A stretch of DNA of 64,000 nt from Eubacteriales bacterium (GCA_045597145.1 JAZODU010000069.1:8599-72598); one strand, 5' to 3'; numbered from the stretch's first letter, positions 43,725 through 52,416 are shown. Numbers and translations: made by a program. The notes: generated by a model from the letters alone, not told the origin.

Positions 43725-43753
43725 TTGACAAAACCAAAAACTCGTGGTATAAT
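43725..43753 (+). promoter_or_regulatory. sigma-A-type promoter of tRNA-Pro
   Basis: TTGACA, 17-nt spacer, TGgTATAAT. Confidence 0.7.
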
Positions 43754-43769
43754 ACCAAGGTACGAATTT

Positions 43770-43846
43770 CGGGGTGTGGCACAGCTTGGTAGTGCGCTTG
43801 GTTCGGGACCAAGAGGTCGCAAGTTCGAATCTTGTCACTCCGACCA
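43770..43846 (+). tRNA. tRNA-Pro (anticodon CGG)
   Basis: Cloverleaf read by hand. Acceptor CGGGGTG/CACTCCG. Anticodon arm CTTGG-TTCGGGA-CCAAG. T arm GCAAG-TTCGAAT-CTTGT. CCA is encoded. Confidence 0.9.
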
Positions 43847-43850
43847 AAAA

Positions 43851-43880
43851 GAGAGGGAGCAACCGCTCCCTCTCTTTTTT
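43851..43880 (+). terminator. intrinsic terminator after tRNA-Pro (core of a longer palindrome, 43839-43887)
   Basis: GAGAGGGAGC-AACC-GCTCCCTCTC followed by TTTTTT. The stem can extend to TCCGACCA/TGGTCGGA, which includes the tRNA 3' end. Confidence 0.8.
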
Positions 43881-44062
43881 GGTCGGAATTATTGGTTTTG
43901 ACTTGTGACCGCTTGCCGTCCCGAACCAATTCGGGACCAAGGGTAGGCAAGCAAAAACGCCACGGTGTGGCATTTTTGTGCAGCCGAAACCGCCAAATTA
44001 AGGAGATGCAGGAGCAATCTGCGATTGCGACGCACAGCGACTATGATTTGGTGGAGGGCAAG

Positions 44063-44083
44063 GCAAGTTCGAATCTTGTCACT
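44063..44083 (+). repeat. 21-nt exact copy of the tRNA-Pro T-arm/acceptor 3' segment
   Basis: GCAAGTTCGAATCTTGTCACT occurs at 44063-44083 and at 43819-43839. Confidence 0.85.
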
Positions 44084-44116
44084 TCAGTTCACCTTTACAC
44101 GCTCCGCACAAACCGC

Positions 44117-44287
44117 CTACACAAGCTTGCTTACATAGCGGTGCATTTCATCTCTCGAGCCGATCGCATGAGTTCCGTCTATGATCTTACGCTGCTCCTC
44201 TTCACCGAGCGTTGCGAATTTTTGCATCGCCTCGGGATTCATCGCCAGTGCCATGGCGAATCCTACGGGCATTTCGTTTGCTTCCAT
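44117..44287 (-). CDS. small hypothetical protein (56 aa)
   Basis: MEANEMPVGFAMALAMNPEAMQKFATLGEEEQRKIIDGTHAIGSRDEMHRYVSKLV. A GGAGG RBS lies 7 nt upstream. The longer track ORF to 44596 is rejected. Confidence 0.55.
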   Translation of the reverse strand: MEANEMPVGFAMALAMNPEAMQKFATLGEEEQRKIIDGTHAIGSRDEMHRYVSKLV

Positions 44288-44443
44288 TCCTTTACCTCCA
44301 AGCGTAGTGTCAATAGTTTTTTCCGCCGCGCGGGTGACGCATACCTGCCAATTCTTCACATGACCGCGCCTCGGCTTCTGCCAAGCACTTGCATGAATTG
44401 ACACAAAAATGCGCACACTGAATCCGAGAAAGGAGGGATCGCC

Positions 44444-44578
44444 ATGTCCGAAAATCAGAACACCAAGAAAGAAAAAGAGCCCAACGAGAAAAAGCCTCTT
44501 ACCAAGCCCGGTGATATTCAGGGAAAGCTCGAAATCCCCGACACCCGTGAGCGCAGAGACGGCCCCGGTGGGAATTAA
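44444..44578 (+). CDS. small hydrophilic hypothetical protein (44 aa)
   Basis: MSENQNTKKEKEPNEKKPLTKPGDIQGKLEIPDTRERRDGPGGN. AAAGGAGGG RBS. A strong terminator follows. Confidence 0.5.
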   Translation: MSENQNTKKEKEPNEKKPLTKPGDIQGKLEIPDTRERRDGPGGN

Positions 44579-44595
44579 ATATCTCACAAAAGCCA

Positions 44596-44645
44596 AAAGC
44601 CGATACCGCAGTCAAGAAACGACGGTATCGGCTTTTCGTTTTTTC
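44596..44645 (+). terminator. intrinsic terminator
   Basis: AAAGCCGATACCG...CGGTATCGGCTTT followed by TCGTTTTTT. Confidence 0.75.
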
Positions 44646-45389
44646 AAGGATGACCTTTTACTTGCCCCTTGCGTACACCCCGGGAGGCACGCCCACGATC
44701 TGCTTGAGCATTCGTGCAGATCCAATCGTAGCGCGAACCCTTCGGCAACAGCACGGGCCGCAGGTTTGATTGAACGTGCACGCCGTTGCAATCGGTATAC
44801 ACGGTTTCCCCTTCCCATTTGAGCACTAACGCGGCGTTTTCGCATTTTTTCGCTGCGCGGTCGCATTTTCCTCGGTAAAGATCGTGTTGACCGACAAAAC
44901 ACGCACAACCGACATTTCCCGCTCCTGCATTCCCTCCCGTTTTGCCGTCATTATACTCTTTTTTCGCACCTTCGTCAATATATTTATATCAAATTTTACC
45001 AAAATAGCAACAAAGTATTTACAGAGAAAGACATATCTGCTATACTAAATACAGAAAAAAAGCTTTTTGCAATTTTCAGCGAACAAAATGTGAAAAAGCT
45101 CGGCATTTATGAACAGAAAATCAATTGTTTTACAGGCATCGGACAAGCAGAGTATATGGAGCAGGCGCCGGCAGCTCGAATACGCGCGACATTTCCACCG
45201 CATTACCGACAACTCAAAGGCTTTGGCACTGACGGGGTCGGAGCAAAAAGACATGATGCCCCTTTACGAGGGACTAAAGTGAGAGATCGCCAACACGCAC
45301 GCCGAAGGATCTCGTCCTGGCCGACACCCCCGTGGAGCTTCGCATGGACGAATATCTGAAAAGCACAATTTATAACCGAGGAAAAGCTT

Positions 45390-45491
45390 ATGGGAAGAAT
45401 CCTGATTCAAAACGGGCGCGTCTGGGGCGGCAACCAATTTTTGCGCGCAGACGTGCTGGTCGAAAACGGTAAGATCGTTTATCGAAGCTAA
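45390..45491 (+). pseudogene. N-terminal 33-codon stub of an amidohydrolase-superfamily gene
   Basis: MGRILIQNGRVWGG..ADVLVENGKIVYRS*, the typical first beta-strands of a cyclic amidohydrolase, ending in a premature stop. Confidence 0.5.
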
Positions 45492-45516
45492 ACTTACAAG
45501 ATACGAGGTTTCTGTT

Positions 45517-45774
45517 ATGAAAGCAATGTTAGTAGATGAAAACAAAAATTTCGTCTGGAGCGAGGTCTCCGATCCCGTACTGAAGCCCGACGAGGTTCTG
45601 GTAAAAATTCACGCGACGGCACTCAACCGCGCCGATCTCCTCCAGCGGCAAGGGAAATACCCCTCCCCTGCGGGCTACCCCGAATGGATGGGGCTTGAGA
45701 TCGCACCCGAAGCGGCGCACGCGATCCTTGAGCGCGGCGAAAACGTGGGAAAGGTCGTTTTAAAGGTCATTTGA
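45517..45774 (+). pseudogene. NADPH:quinone oxidoreductase (MDR family) with a large internal deletion
   Basis: The N-terminal MKAMLVDENKNFVWSEVSDPVLKPDEVLVKIHATALNRADLLQRQGKYP is joined directly to the C-terminal AHAILERGENVGKVVLKV. It is 85 aa against the ~320 aa expected. Confidence 0.65.
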
Positions 45775-45775
45775 G

Positions 45776-46677
45776 ATGAAAAACAGCTACAAGGTCATTC
45801 TCAAAGCAACGCTCGTCATGCTGCTTTGGGGCTCACTCTTTCCCTGCATCAAGCTCGGCTACCGCTATCTTGCCATTGACAGCGGTCACATTCCCAGCCT
45901 ACTTCTTTTTGCGGGCGTGCGATTTTTGCTGTGCGGCATCATTCTCGTGGGATTTTGCGCGGCACGGCGCGAGCGCATGCGCCTCTCCTCAAAAAAAGAT
46001 CTGCTTCCCCTTGCCGTCGTGGCGTTGCTCGCCGTGGTTTTGCACTACGTCTGCACCTACGCGGGGCTTTCGATGGTCAAAAGCGGAAAGACCGCGCTTC
46101 TCAAGTGGCTCGGCGCGCTCCTCTTCATCTGCTTCTCCTTTCTCTTTTCAAGGAGGACAAATTTTCGGTCTTTAAGCTGATCGCAGCAAGTCTTGGGCTC
46201 GCGGGTATCATCGTGCTCAACCTCAACGGCTCTTCCCTTCACGTCGTCCTCGGCATTGGTGAGCTTCTCGTCGTACTCGCTTCCTTCTGCACGGTCATTT
46301 CCAACATCTCGGGCAAGCGTTTGACACGCACGATACCGCCGCTTGTGATGACGGGATATTCCCAGCTTGCGGACGGCGTGATCTTGACGCAGGTCGGTCT
46401 GCTCGCGGGCGGCTCGCTCGGAACGCTTTCATGGCAGGAAGGATTGGTATTTGCTTATATTCTGCTCGCCTCCACGCTCGACTACGTGCTTTGGTACAGT
46501 CTGCTCCGCACGAACGACCTCTCAAAGCTCTTTATCATCAAATTTCTCGAGCCCGTGTTTGCCGCGATGTTCGGTATTCTCCTTTTGGGCGAGCACTTCT
46601 CGCTCAACTATCTGATCGCATTCGCGCTCACCGTTGCGGCAATTCTGATCTCGCGCATCAAAAAGAAGAAAAACTGA
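45776..46677 (+). pseudogene. DMT/EamA family transporter interrupted by a frameshift near 46140-46160
   Basis: Frame 1 (45776-46180) gives the first EamA half. Frame 2 (to 46677) continues with ...KEDKFSVFKLIAASLGLAGIIVL and the second half. A sequencing error cannot be excluded. Confidence 0.6.
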
Positions 46678-46726
46678 TCGGACATAAAAAAGCCGAGCAC
46701 ATCTGCGGATGTGCTCGGCTTTTTCC

Positions 46727-47395
46727 CTATTGAAGTGCTTGAATCGCCGCACGGATCTGCGCGATCGAATAGCCGTATCGCGCAAGAGACGCCGTCATAC
46801 GGCGCAGCTCATCGCGGTCGCTTGGAACAGCTCCGTACTTTTTGCGGATCAGCGTGACGCAATTTTCTTCAAAATCAATTTGCACCAAAAGCTCCGGAAG
46901 CTCCGAAAGGGACTCCGCCGCAAAGCCACGGTTCCAAAGGTGCGCGCTGATGCGCTTCGCGCCCCAGAGCTTGCGCACGCATTTTTCCACCTCGCGCCGC
47001 ACGTCGCTCTCCTCGTCGATCAGCCCCGACGCCTCAAGCCGCTTGGCGGCGGCAAGAGACACCTCGCGGGAATACCCGCGCTGCATCAGCTTGCGCGTCA
47101 GAAGCCCCACCGAATTGGCACCGTAGGACAGCAGATTCTCGCCGCTTCGCAGTGCCTGGCAAAGCTGTGACGCCTCCTCCAGCTGCTCGTAATCCTCCTC
47201 CGAAATGATCCCCTTTTGAGGCTTCAATTCGCAATATTGCTCCATGGTAAGCGGCAGGCTTTTCTGCTCCCGATGTTCCCCATTATCAAGAAGCACCTGC
47301 ACCAACACCTCGGCACCGTCATGTTGTGCGCGCAAAGCGCGCACGGTGATCGTCGGCGGAAGTGCCGCCGTGGGCAGATTCTGATTATTCGTCAT
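46727..47395 (-). CDS. recX: recombination regulator RecX
   Basis: RecX repeat pattern ([26 protein letters not shown]; [10 protein letters not shown]). The start overlaps the recA stop by 11 nt. Confidence 0.8.
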   Translation of the reverse strand: MTNNQNLPTAALPPTITVRALRAQHDGAEVLVQVLLDNGEHREQKSLPLTMEQYCELKPQKGIISEEDYEQLEEASQLCQALRSGENLLSYGANSVGLLTRKLMQRGYSREVSLAAAKRLEASGLIDEESDVRREVEKCVRKLWGAKRISAHLWNRGFAAESLSELPELLVQIDFEENCVTLIRKKYGAVPSDRDELRRMTASLARYGYSIAQIRAAIQALQ

Positions 47396-48503
47396 CCTCG
47401 CCGCCATCCGACAGACGCAGATCGAAATCGTCCTCGTCGTCCATCTCAAATTCCTGATCCATATTCACACGTGCTTCCTCGCTCAACGCGCGAACCTTTT
47501 CCTCGACCTCTGCCATCATATCGGGGTTGCCCTCCAGCAGCTTGCGCACGTTTTCCTTACCCTGACCGATGCGCTCGCCGTTATAAGAGAACCAAGAGCC
47601 GCTTTTTTTGATCACGTCAAACATGATCGCAAAATCCAGCACCTCGCCCGAACGCGAAATGCCCGAGCCGTAGAGAATATCGAACTCCGCAACGCGGAAA
47701 GGGGGGGCTACCTTGTTCTTGACGATCTTGCACTTGACGTGGTTGCCGTATACGTCGTTGCCGTCCTTGAGCTGCTCGGTCTTACGGATATCAATACGAA
47801 CCGACGCAAAGAACTTGAGCGCGCGGCCGCCGGTCGTGGTTTCGGGGTTTCCGTAGATCACACCGACCTTCTCTCGAATCTGGTTGATGAAGATGACCAC
47901 GCAGTTGCTCTTGGAGATGACACCCGAGAGCTTACGCATTGCCTGCGACATCATTCTCGCCTGCACACCGACCATAGACTGCCCCATGTCGCCCTCCAGC
48001 TCCTGACGCGGAACAAGTGCCGCTACGGAGTCGATAACGATCGCATCTACCGCGCCCGAGCGCGCCAGTGCCTCGCAGATCTCCAGTGCGTCGTCACCGC
48101 TGTCGGGCTGAGAAACCAGCAGCTCGTTGATATTGACCCCCAACGCCTTTGCATAGCCGGGATCCAGCGCGTGCTCGGCATCGATGAACGCCGCCGTGCC
48201 GCCGATCTTCTGCACCTCGGAAAGAATATGAAGCGCAACGGTGGTCTTACCCGAGGACTCGGGACCAAAGATCTCGACGATACGTCCGCGCGGAACGCCG
48301 CCGATACCGAGCGCCAGGTCAAGCGAGAGCGAGCCCGTGTGGATCGCCTGCACCTCCATTTTCGTGTTTTCTCCCAAGCGCATGATCGAGCCTGCGCCGA
48401 AATCGCGCTCGATCTTGGACAGTGCGGTTTTCAGCGCCAGCTTTTTCCCCTCGGCGTCGAGATTCTGCGGAACGGCAGCCTTTGTCTTTTTAGCAGTAGC
48501 CAT
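47385..48503 (-). CDS. recA: recombinase RecA
   Basis: Start at MATAKKTK. Blocks [22 protein letters not shown], Walker [10 protein letters not shown] and FINQIREK. Confidence 0.95.
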   Translation of the reverse strand: MATAKKTKAAVPQNLDAEGKKLALKTALSKIERDFGAGSIMRLGENTKMEVQAIHTGSLSLDLALGIGGVPRGRIVEIFGPESSGKTTVALHILSEVQKIGGTAAFIDAEHALDPGYAKALGVNINELLVSQPDSGDDALEICEALARSGAVDAIVIDSVAALVPRQELEGDMGQSMVGVQARMMSQAMRKLSGVISKSNCVVIFINQIREKVGVIYGNPETTTGGRALKFFASVRIDIRKTEQLKDGNDVYGNHVKCKIVKNKVAPPFRVAEFDILYGSGISRSGEVLDFAIMFDVIKKSGSWFSYNGERIGQGKENVRKLLEGNPDMMAEVEEKVRALSEEARVNMDQEFEMDDEDDFDLRLSDGGEDDE

Positions 48504-48561
48504 AATCAAAAAATCCTCTCCCGCGGTGCTTTTTGCGCCGCGATTCCTCTTTTGGTAGTTC

Positions 48562-48841
48562 GTACCCATCAAGGACTCGAACCTATAAGGTTTTGGAAGG
48601 CAAACGCTTGTATAAACTGCGTCAAAAAGTCTCGCAATATCTTATATTGCTTCGCCTTTTTTCTTGTTTCTCCGAACCGTTTGTTCTCCCAAAACTGCAT
48701 CGCACCCTACGGCGATGCAATTTTTGATGGATTGCGGCGGAGCGAACCGCAGGAAAGTGCGGATTTTTCAAGGTGAGCTACGGCGCAAGACGCGGAAATT
48801 GCACGCCGTAGGACTTATAGGTTCGAGTCTTTGATGGGTAC
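48562..48841 (-). repeat. 280-bp element bounded by 28-nt inverted repeats, inside the recA 5' leader
   Basis: The reverse complement of 48562-48589 matches 48814-48841 at 27/28 nt. The interior holds at least four hairpins. It lies between the predicted recA promoter and the RBS. Confidence 0.7.
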
Positions 48842-48845
48842 CCCT

Positions 48846-48874
48846 ATTATACCGCACTTTCCCGCCTTTGTCAA
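48846..48874 (-). promoter_or_regulatory. sigma-A-type promoter, predicted recA promoter
   Basis: Minus strand reads TTGACA, 17-nt spacer, TATAAT. There is no ORF between it and recA. Confidence 0.65.
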
Positions 48875-48960
48875 GTACTTTTTGAAATATATTTTTCCGT
48901 TTTTGGGATTTTATTTTTAATTCCGCCTATTTTGGACAAAAAATCAGCCTTCCAAATTCC

Positions 48961-48992
48961 AAAAAAGGACACCGCGCAAAATTTGCGCGGTG
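48961..48992 (-). terminator. intrinsic terminator of the EIIC-like gene
   Basis: CACCGCGC...GCGCGGTG hairpin, followed on the minus strand by TCCTTTTTT. Confidence 0.7.
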
Positions 48993-49015
48993 CCGCTTTT
49001 CGTTGATATTGGATA

Positions 49016-50176
49016 TTACTCGGGAAGCGTCATGTCGCCGGGCTTGATCCACTTGATCTTATAGAACAGCTCGCTGAACAGGAGCGAGAGGATCGCGGGC
49101 AGAACGATGCAAACGAGCAGGAGCCCCACCCACATCATCGCGGGAGAATCGGTCGTGCCGATCATACTGTCGATCACGCCGATAGGGCCCACCAGACCGC
49201 AGGTACCCATGCCAGCCGCAACGCCGCTGCACTGAAGCTTGAACACCATGGTGGAAATGGGCCCCGTGATCGCCGCTGCCAACGTGGGTGCGATCCAGAT
49301 ACGGGGGTTCTTGCAAATGTTGCCCATTTGGAGCATGGACGTGCCAAGTCCCTGCGACACGACACCGCCCCAGCCGTTTTCCTTGAAGCTTGCAACGGCA
49401 AAGCCGACCATTTGCGCACAGCAGCCTGCAACCGCCGCGCCACCTGCCAGGAGGAAGCCCTCCGCAGTTCCGTCAGCCAATGCGACCATGTATGCCGACT
49501 CGGAGAAGATCATCGCGCAGATCGCGGCACTGGAGATCGGCAGCGTCAGGATCACACCAACGACCACGGACACGACAATGCCCATCAGAAGGGGCTGGAG
49601 CGTGGTGGCTGTGGAGATAAACACGCCGAGATAATACATCAGGTAAGAAACGATGGGACAGAGCAGCCAGCAAGCCGCAAAGCCCGCGACGATCGTAACG
49701 ATCGGGGTGACGAGAATGTCGACCTTGGTCTTTTTGGACACGAGCATACCGATCTCCGCCGCCACGATCACGGCAAAGAATGCACCCGCAGGTCCTGCGC
49801 TGTAGAACACGCCCTCGGGAGCGATCGCGGGGATCAGTGCCCATGCCTTGATCACACCGTCACTGATGATCGCGCCGATGCCGTTGCCCATGGCCCCCAC
49901 AGCGGCGCAGGAGAAAATGACCAGCGGGTCAGCCCCCAGCTTGAGTGCGATCGCAACGCCGATAGCCATACCTGTAGCACCCTTGGCGTATCCGGCAATG
50001 GTGTTGCAGATCACCGCAAAGGTGCTCGGTGCCTCCGCACCGATGATTCTGTCAAAAACGTCGCCAATCGTTCCAAAGATCGTACCAATCAGGAGAGAGG
50101 CAAACAGTCCGAGTGCCATCGCGCCCATCGCATCGATGAAATAGCGCTTGGCATACTTTTTTAAGGTTTCCATCAT
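49016..50176 (-). CDS. polytopic membrane protein, PTS EIIC-like (EIIC_2 type)
   Basis: 386 aa from MMETLKKYAKRYFIDAMGAMALGLF. GGAGG RBS. The family call is from memory of the N-terminal pattern only. Confidence 0.5.
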   Translation of the reverse strand: MMETLKKYAKRYFIDAMGAMALGLFASLLIGTIFGTIGDVFDRIIGAEAPSTFAVICNTIAGYAKGATGMAIGVAIALKLGADPLVIFSCAAVGAMGNGIGAIISDGVIKAWALIPAIAPEGVFYSAGPAGAFFAVIVAAEIGMLVSKKTKVDILVTPIVTIVAGFAACWLLCPIVSYLMYYLGVFISTATTLQPLLMGIVVSVVVGVILTLPISSAAICAMIFSESAYMVALADGTAEGFLLAGGAAVAGCCAQMVGFAVASFKENGWGGVVSQGLGTSMLQMGNICKNPRIWIAPTLAAAITGPISTMVFKLQCSGVAAGMGTCGLVGPIGVIDSMIGTTDSPAMMWVGLLLVCIVLPAILSLLFSELFYKIKWIKPGDMTLPE

Positions 50177-50269
50177 ACTACCTCCATCAATTTTATTGTG
50201 TAATAGTATATCACTTTCTTTTTCGCCTTGCAAGTGTAAAAATGCACAAAAATTTGAGTTTTCGGCACT

Positions 50270-50488
50270 TTATACCATATATTTCGACACAAATTCACGC
50301 CCACGTATCAGATAATCGATCGAAACGTCAAAATAGTCAGACAAGATCAACAGCATCTGTACGTCGGGGCTCCGCTTCCCCGTTTCGTAATAGGACAACG
50401 CCTCACGGCTGATGGCAAGATCCATCGCTACTTTTAATTGTGTATATCCCTTCTTCACACGGATCTCGCGCAAACCGATCATATTCAT
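50270..50488 (-). CDS. XRE-family HTH transcriptional regulator
   Basis: 72 aa with YTQLKVAMDLAISREALSYYETGKRSP and SIDYLI. Confidence 0.85.
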   Translation of the reverse strand: MNMIGLREIRVKKGYTQLKVAMDLAISREALSYYETGKRSPDVQMLLILSDYFDVSIDYLIRGREFVSKYMV

Positions 50489-50525
50489 TTTCTTTCCCCT
50501 TTTTTCGATTTTTTTGAAAAACCTC

Positions 50526-50554
50526 TTGACAAGATTGTAACATTATGTTACTAT
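50526..50554 (+). promoter_or_regulatory. sigma-A-type promoter of the 124-aa membrane protein gene
   Basis: TTGACA, 17-nt spacer, TACTAT. Confidence 0.6.
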
Positions 50555-50576
50555 ATTGTGTGTAACAATGTGTTAC
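50537..50576. promoter_or_regulatory. two perfect operator palindromes, GTAACA-N3-TGTTAC
   Basis: GTAACATTATGTTAC (50537-50551) lies inside the promoter spacer and -10 box. GTAACAATGTGTTAC (50562-50576) lies 25 bp downstream. Both are adjacent to the divergent XRE gene. Confidence 0.65.
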
Positions 50577-50599
50577 ATCTAAAGAAAGGAGAAACAAAA

Positions 50600-50974
50600 A
50601 TGGAAGAAATGAATGAAATGGATGAATTGAAAGCTTTAAAAGAAGCTGAAGAACAAGAAAAGCTGAAAAAAACCGGAAAATCGTATTCGATTGCCGGCAT
50701 GACGCTTGCCATCATTGGTCTTGTTCTTGCGTTCCTCGGCGGTTTCGTGATTACCGCGCTTCTCTCACTCCCCTGCGCGATCGTTGGTCTTGTGCTTTCG
50801 GTTGTAGGAGGCAAAAAACTGAAGAGCGTTGGCGTTTCCCGCGGCATGGCTACCGCCGGATTGGTTGTCGGTATCGTCGCTACCTCTATTTCCGGTATCG
50901 CATTCCTGACCTGCGGTCTGTGCGGTCTTTGTGCGCTCAACAGCGGCATCGGCTTCTTTAACCTGCTGTTCTGA
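50600..50974 (+). CDS. small membrane protein (acidic N-terminus, 3-4 TM)
   Basis: 124 aa from MEEMNEMDEL. AAAGGAG RBS. Confidence 0.6.
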   Translation: MEEMNEMDELKALKEAEEQEKLKKTGKSYSIAGMTLAIIGLVLAFLGGFVITALLSLPCAIVGLVLSVVGGKKLKSVGVSRGMATAGLVVGIVATSISGIAFLTCGLCGLCALNSGIGFFNLLF

Positions 50975-51040
50975 TTAAAATCAACAAAAAACAAGTTGCG
51001 CTCCGACAAGGTCGGAGCGCAACTTGCAAAAAGGAGTTTT

Positions 51041-51805
51041 ATGTCCCCTTTTCTTACAATATTCGGACGCAACTTTCCACTGTACGGCGTTTTGATCTGG
51101 TGCGGTGTACCGATATCCGTCGCGGTGGCACTGTTCATCTGCCCGCGCAAAGACACGGAACGCGATGAGATCATTTATTCGGGTGTATACACCCTGGTCG
51201 GTGCCATGATCGGCGCCAAGCTTCTGTTTATAATCGTTTCACTCCCGCAGATCATTGCGCAAAAAATAGGGCTGCTGGACTTGATCGGCGGCGGATTTGT
51301 TTTTTATGGCGGATTGATCGGCGGCGCACTTGGACTTTTGATTTATTGCAAGCAGTTTCAAATGAATTTTGTCACTCTTGCCGAAACCTATGCAGCAGTC
51401 CTTCCGCTCGGTCACGCGTTCGGGCGCGTGGGGTGCTTTTTCTCGGGGTGCTGCTACGGAATCGCATATGACGGTCCGCTCTGCTATACCTACCGTACCG
51501 CACTCGCCGCAACACCCATCGGCGTTCCGCTGCTTCCCGTTCAGTTGATCGAAGCCGGTTGCCTGCTGATAATTTTTGCGGTTCTGCTGACCGTATATCT
51601 AAAAAAAGGAAAGCACGTAGGAACGGTTTTCCCTCTCTATCTTCTCTCATACTCGCTCCTGCGCTTCGTCTTGGAGTTTTTCCGCGGCGACCGCGAGCGC
51701 GGCATTCTTCTCTTATCCACCTCACAATGGGTATGCGTTGGTATCCTTTGTGCTCTGTCAATCGTTTTTTTCAAAAAGTGCCAAAAAGGTGTTGCCGAAT
51801 CATAA
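51041..51805 (+). CDS. lgt: prolipoprotein diacylglyceryl transferase
   Basis: HAFGRVGCFFSGCCYG signature. AAGGAG RBS before ATG 51041. Confidence 0.85.
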   Translation: MSPFLTIFGRNFPLYGVLIWCGVPISVAVALFICPRKDTERDEIIYSGVYTLVGAMIGAKLLFIIVSLPQIIAQKIGLLDLIGGGFVFYGGLIGGALGLLIYCKQFQMNFVTLAETYAAVLPLGHAFGRVGCFFSGCCYGIAYDGPLCYTYRTALAATPIGVPLLPVQLIEAGCLLIIFAVLLTVYLKKGKHVGTVFPLYLLSYSLLRFVLEFFRGDRERGILLLSTSQWVCVGILCALSIVFFKKCQKGVAES

Positions 51806-52036
51806 AAAACGACAGCAGGTCACGCTTAAACCACGAGTGACCCGCTGTCGTTTTTTTCGTTTTTTTCTGCAAACATTTCCATTCATAAAGCATGAATCTC
51901 GGCTCACAATAATGACAGAGCCGCGAATAACGCGACTCGAGGATATAGATAGACGAACGGACGAAGCCGTACTTATTCATTTGTTTTACAGATGAGCGGT
52001 TCGGAGTCGGACCGTTCATGAGAGGAGAAAAAAGCA

Positions 52037-52234
52037 ATGGCAAGCAACAAGACTCTTGTTCCCGAAGCAAAGGAAGCTATGGAGAGATTCAAGATGGAAG
52101 CTGCAAGCGAGGTTGGTGTAAACCTGAAGCAGGGTTACAACGGCGACATCACCGCTCGTCAGGCGGGTTCCGTTGGCGGACAGATGGTCAAGAAGATGAT
52201 CGAGTCCTACGAGAACTCCATTAAGACGAAATAA
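52037..52234 (+). CDS. alpha/beta-type small acid-soluble spore protein
   Basis: LVPEAKEAMERFKMEAASEVGV and ITARQAGSVGGQMVKKMIE, the canonical SASP blocks. Confidence 0.9.
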   Translation: MASNKTLVPEAKEAMERFKMEAASEVGVNLKQGYNGDITARQAGSVGGQMVKKMIESYENSIKTK

Positions 52235-52380
52235 GAAGCTCTTTTCAGAATGATCGCACCCGTGCGGTCACTTCCGCAGCGAAAAGGTATTCTGTGAAGC
52301 TCCTTTTCGCACTCATCTCAATGCCGTCGGCGTCCTTCGGATGCGAATGAGCATGACGGCAAAAACGCCTCAAAAGCGTT

Positions 52381-52416
52381 CCGCCCCGTTCCTAACTTCA
52401 GGAACGGGGCGGTTTT
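52381..52416. terminator. bidirectional intrinsic terminator
   Basis: CCGCCCCGTTCC-TAACTTCA-GGAACGGGGCGG followed by TTTT. Confidence 0.75.

Noticed and set aside
43921-43950. Second partial tRNA-Pro copy (TTCGGGACCAAGGGTAGGCAAG resembles the anticodon-to-T-stem region)
   Set aside because: The similarity is short (~20 nt with mismatches). The segment is itself part of a local palindrome (GTCCCGAA-CCAA-TTCGGGAC). I cannot distinguish chance from a decayed fragment.
43832-44401. 189-aa plus-strand ORF downstream of tRNA-Pro
   Set aside because: It spans the tRNA terminator and the tRNA-fragment repeat and is antisense to the RBS-supported 56-aa gene. It has no motif and no RBS.
48673-48686. 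LexA (Cheo) box candidate CGAACCGTTTGTTC in the recA leader
   Set aside because: The half-sites GAAC and GTTC are separated by 5 nt, not the 4 nt of the CGAAC-N4-GTTCG consensus. I found no canonical box near the predicted promoter. It needs a matrix scan or LexA binding data.
48814-48841. tRNA-like string GGTTCGAGTC in the recA-leader inverted repeat
   Set aside because: Only a T-loop-like heptamer is present. The flanking bases do not form a T stem, acceptor stem or anticodon arm, so this is not a tRNA gene.
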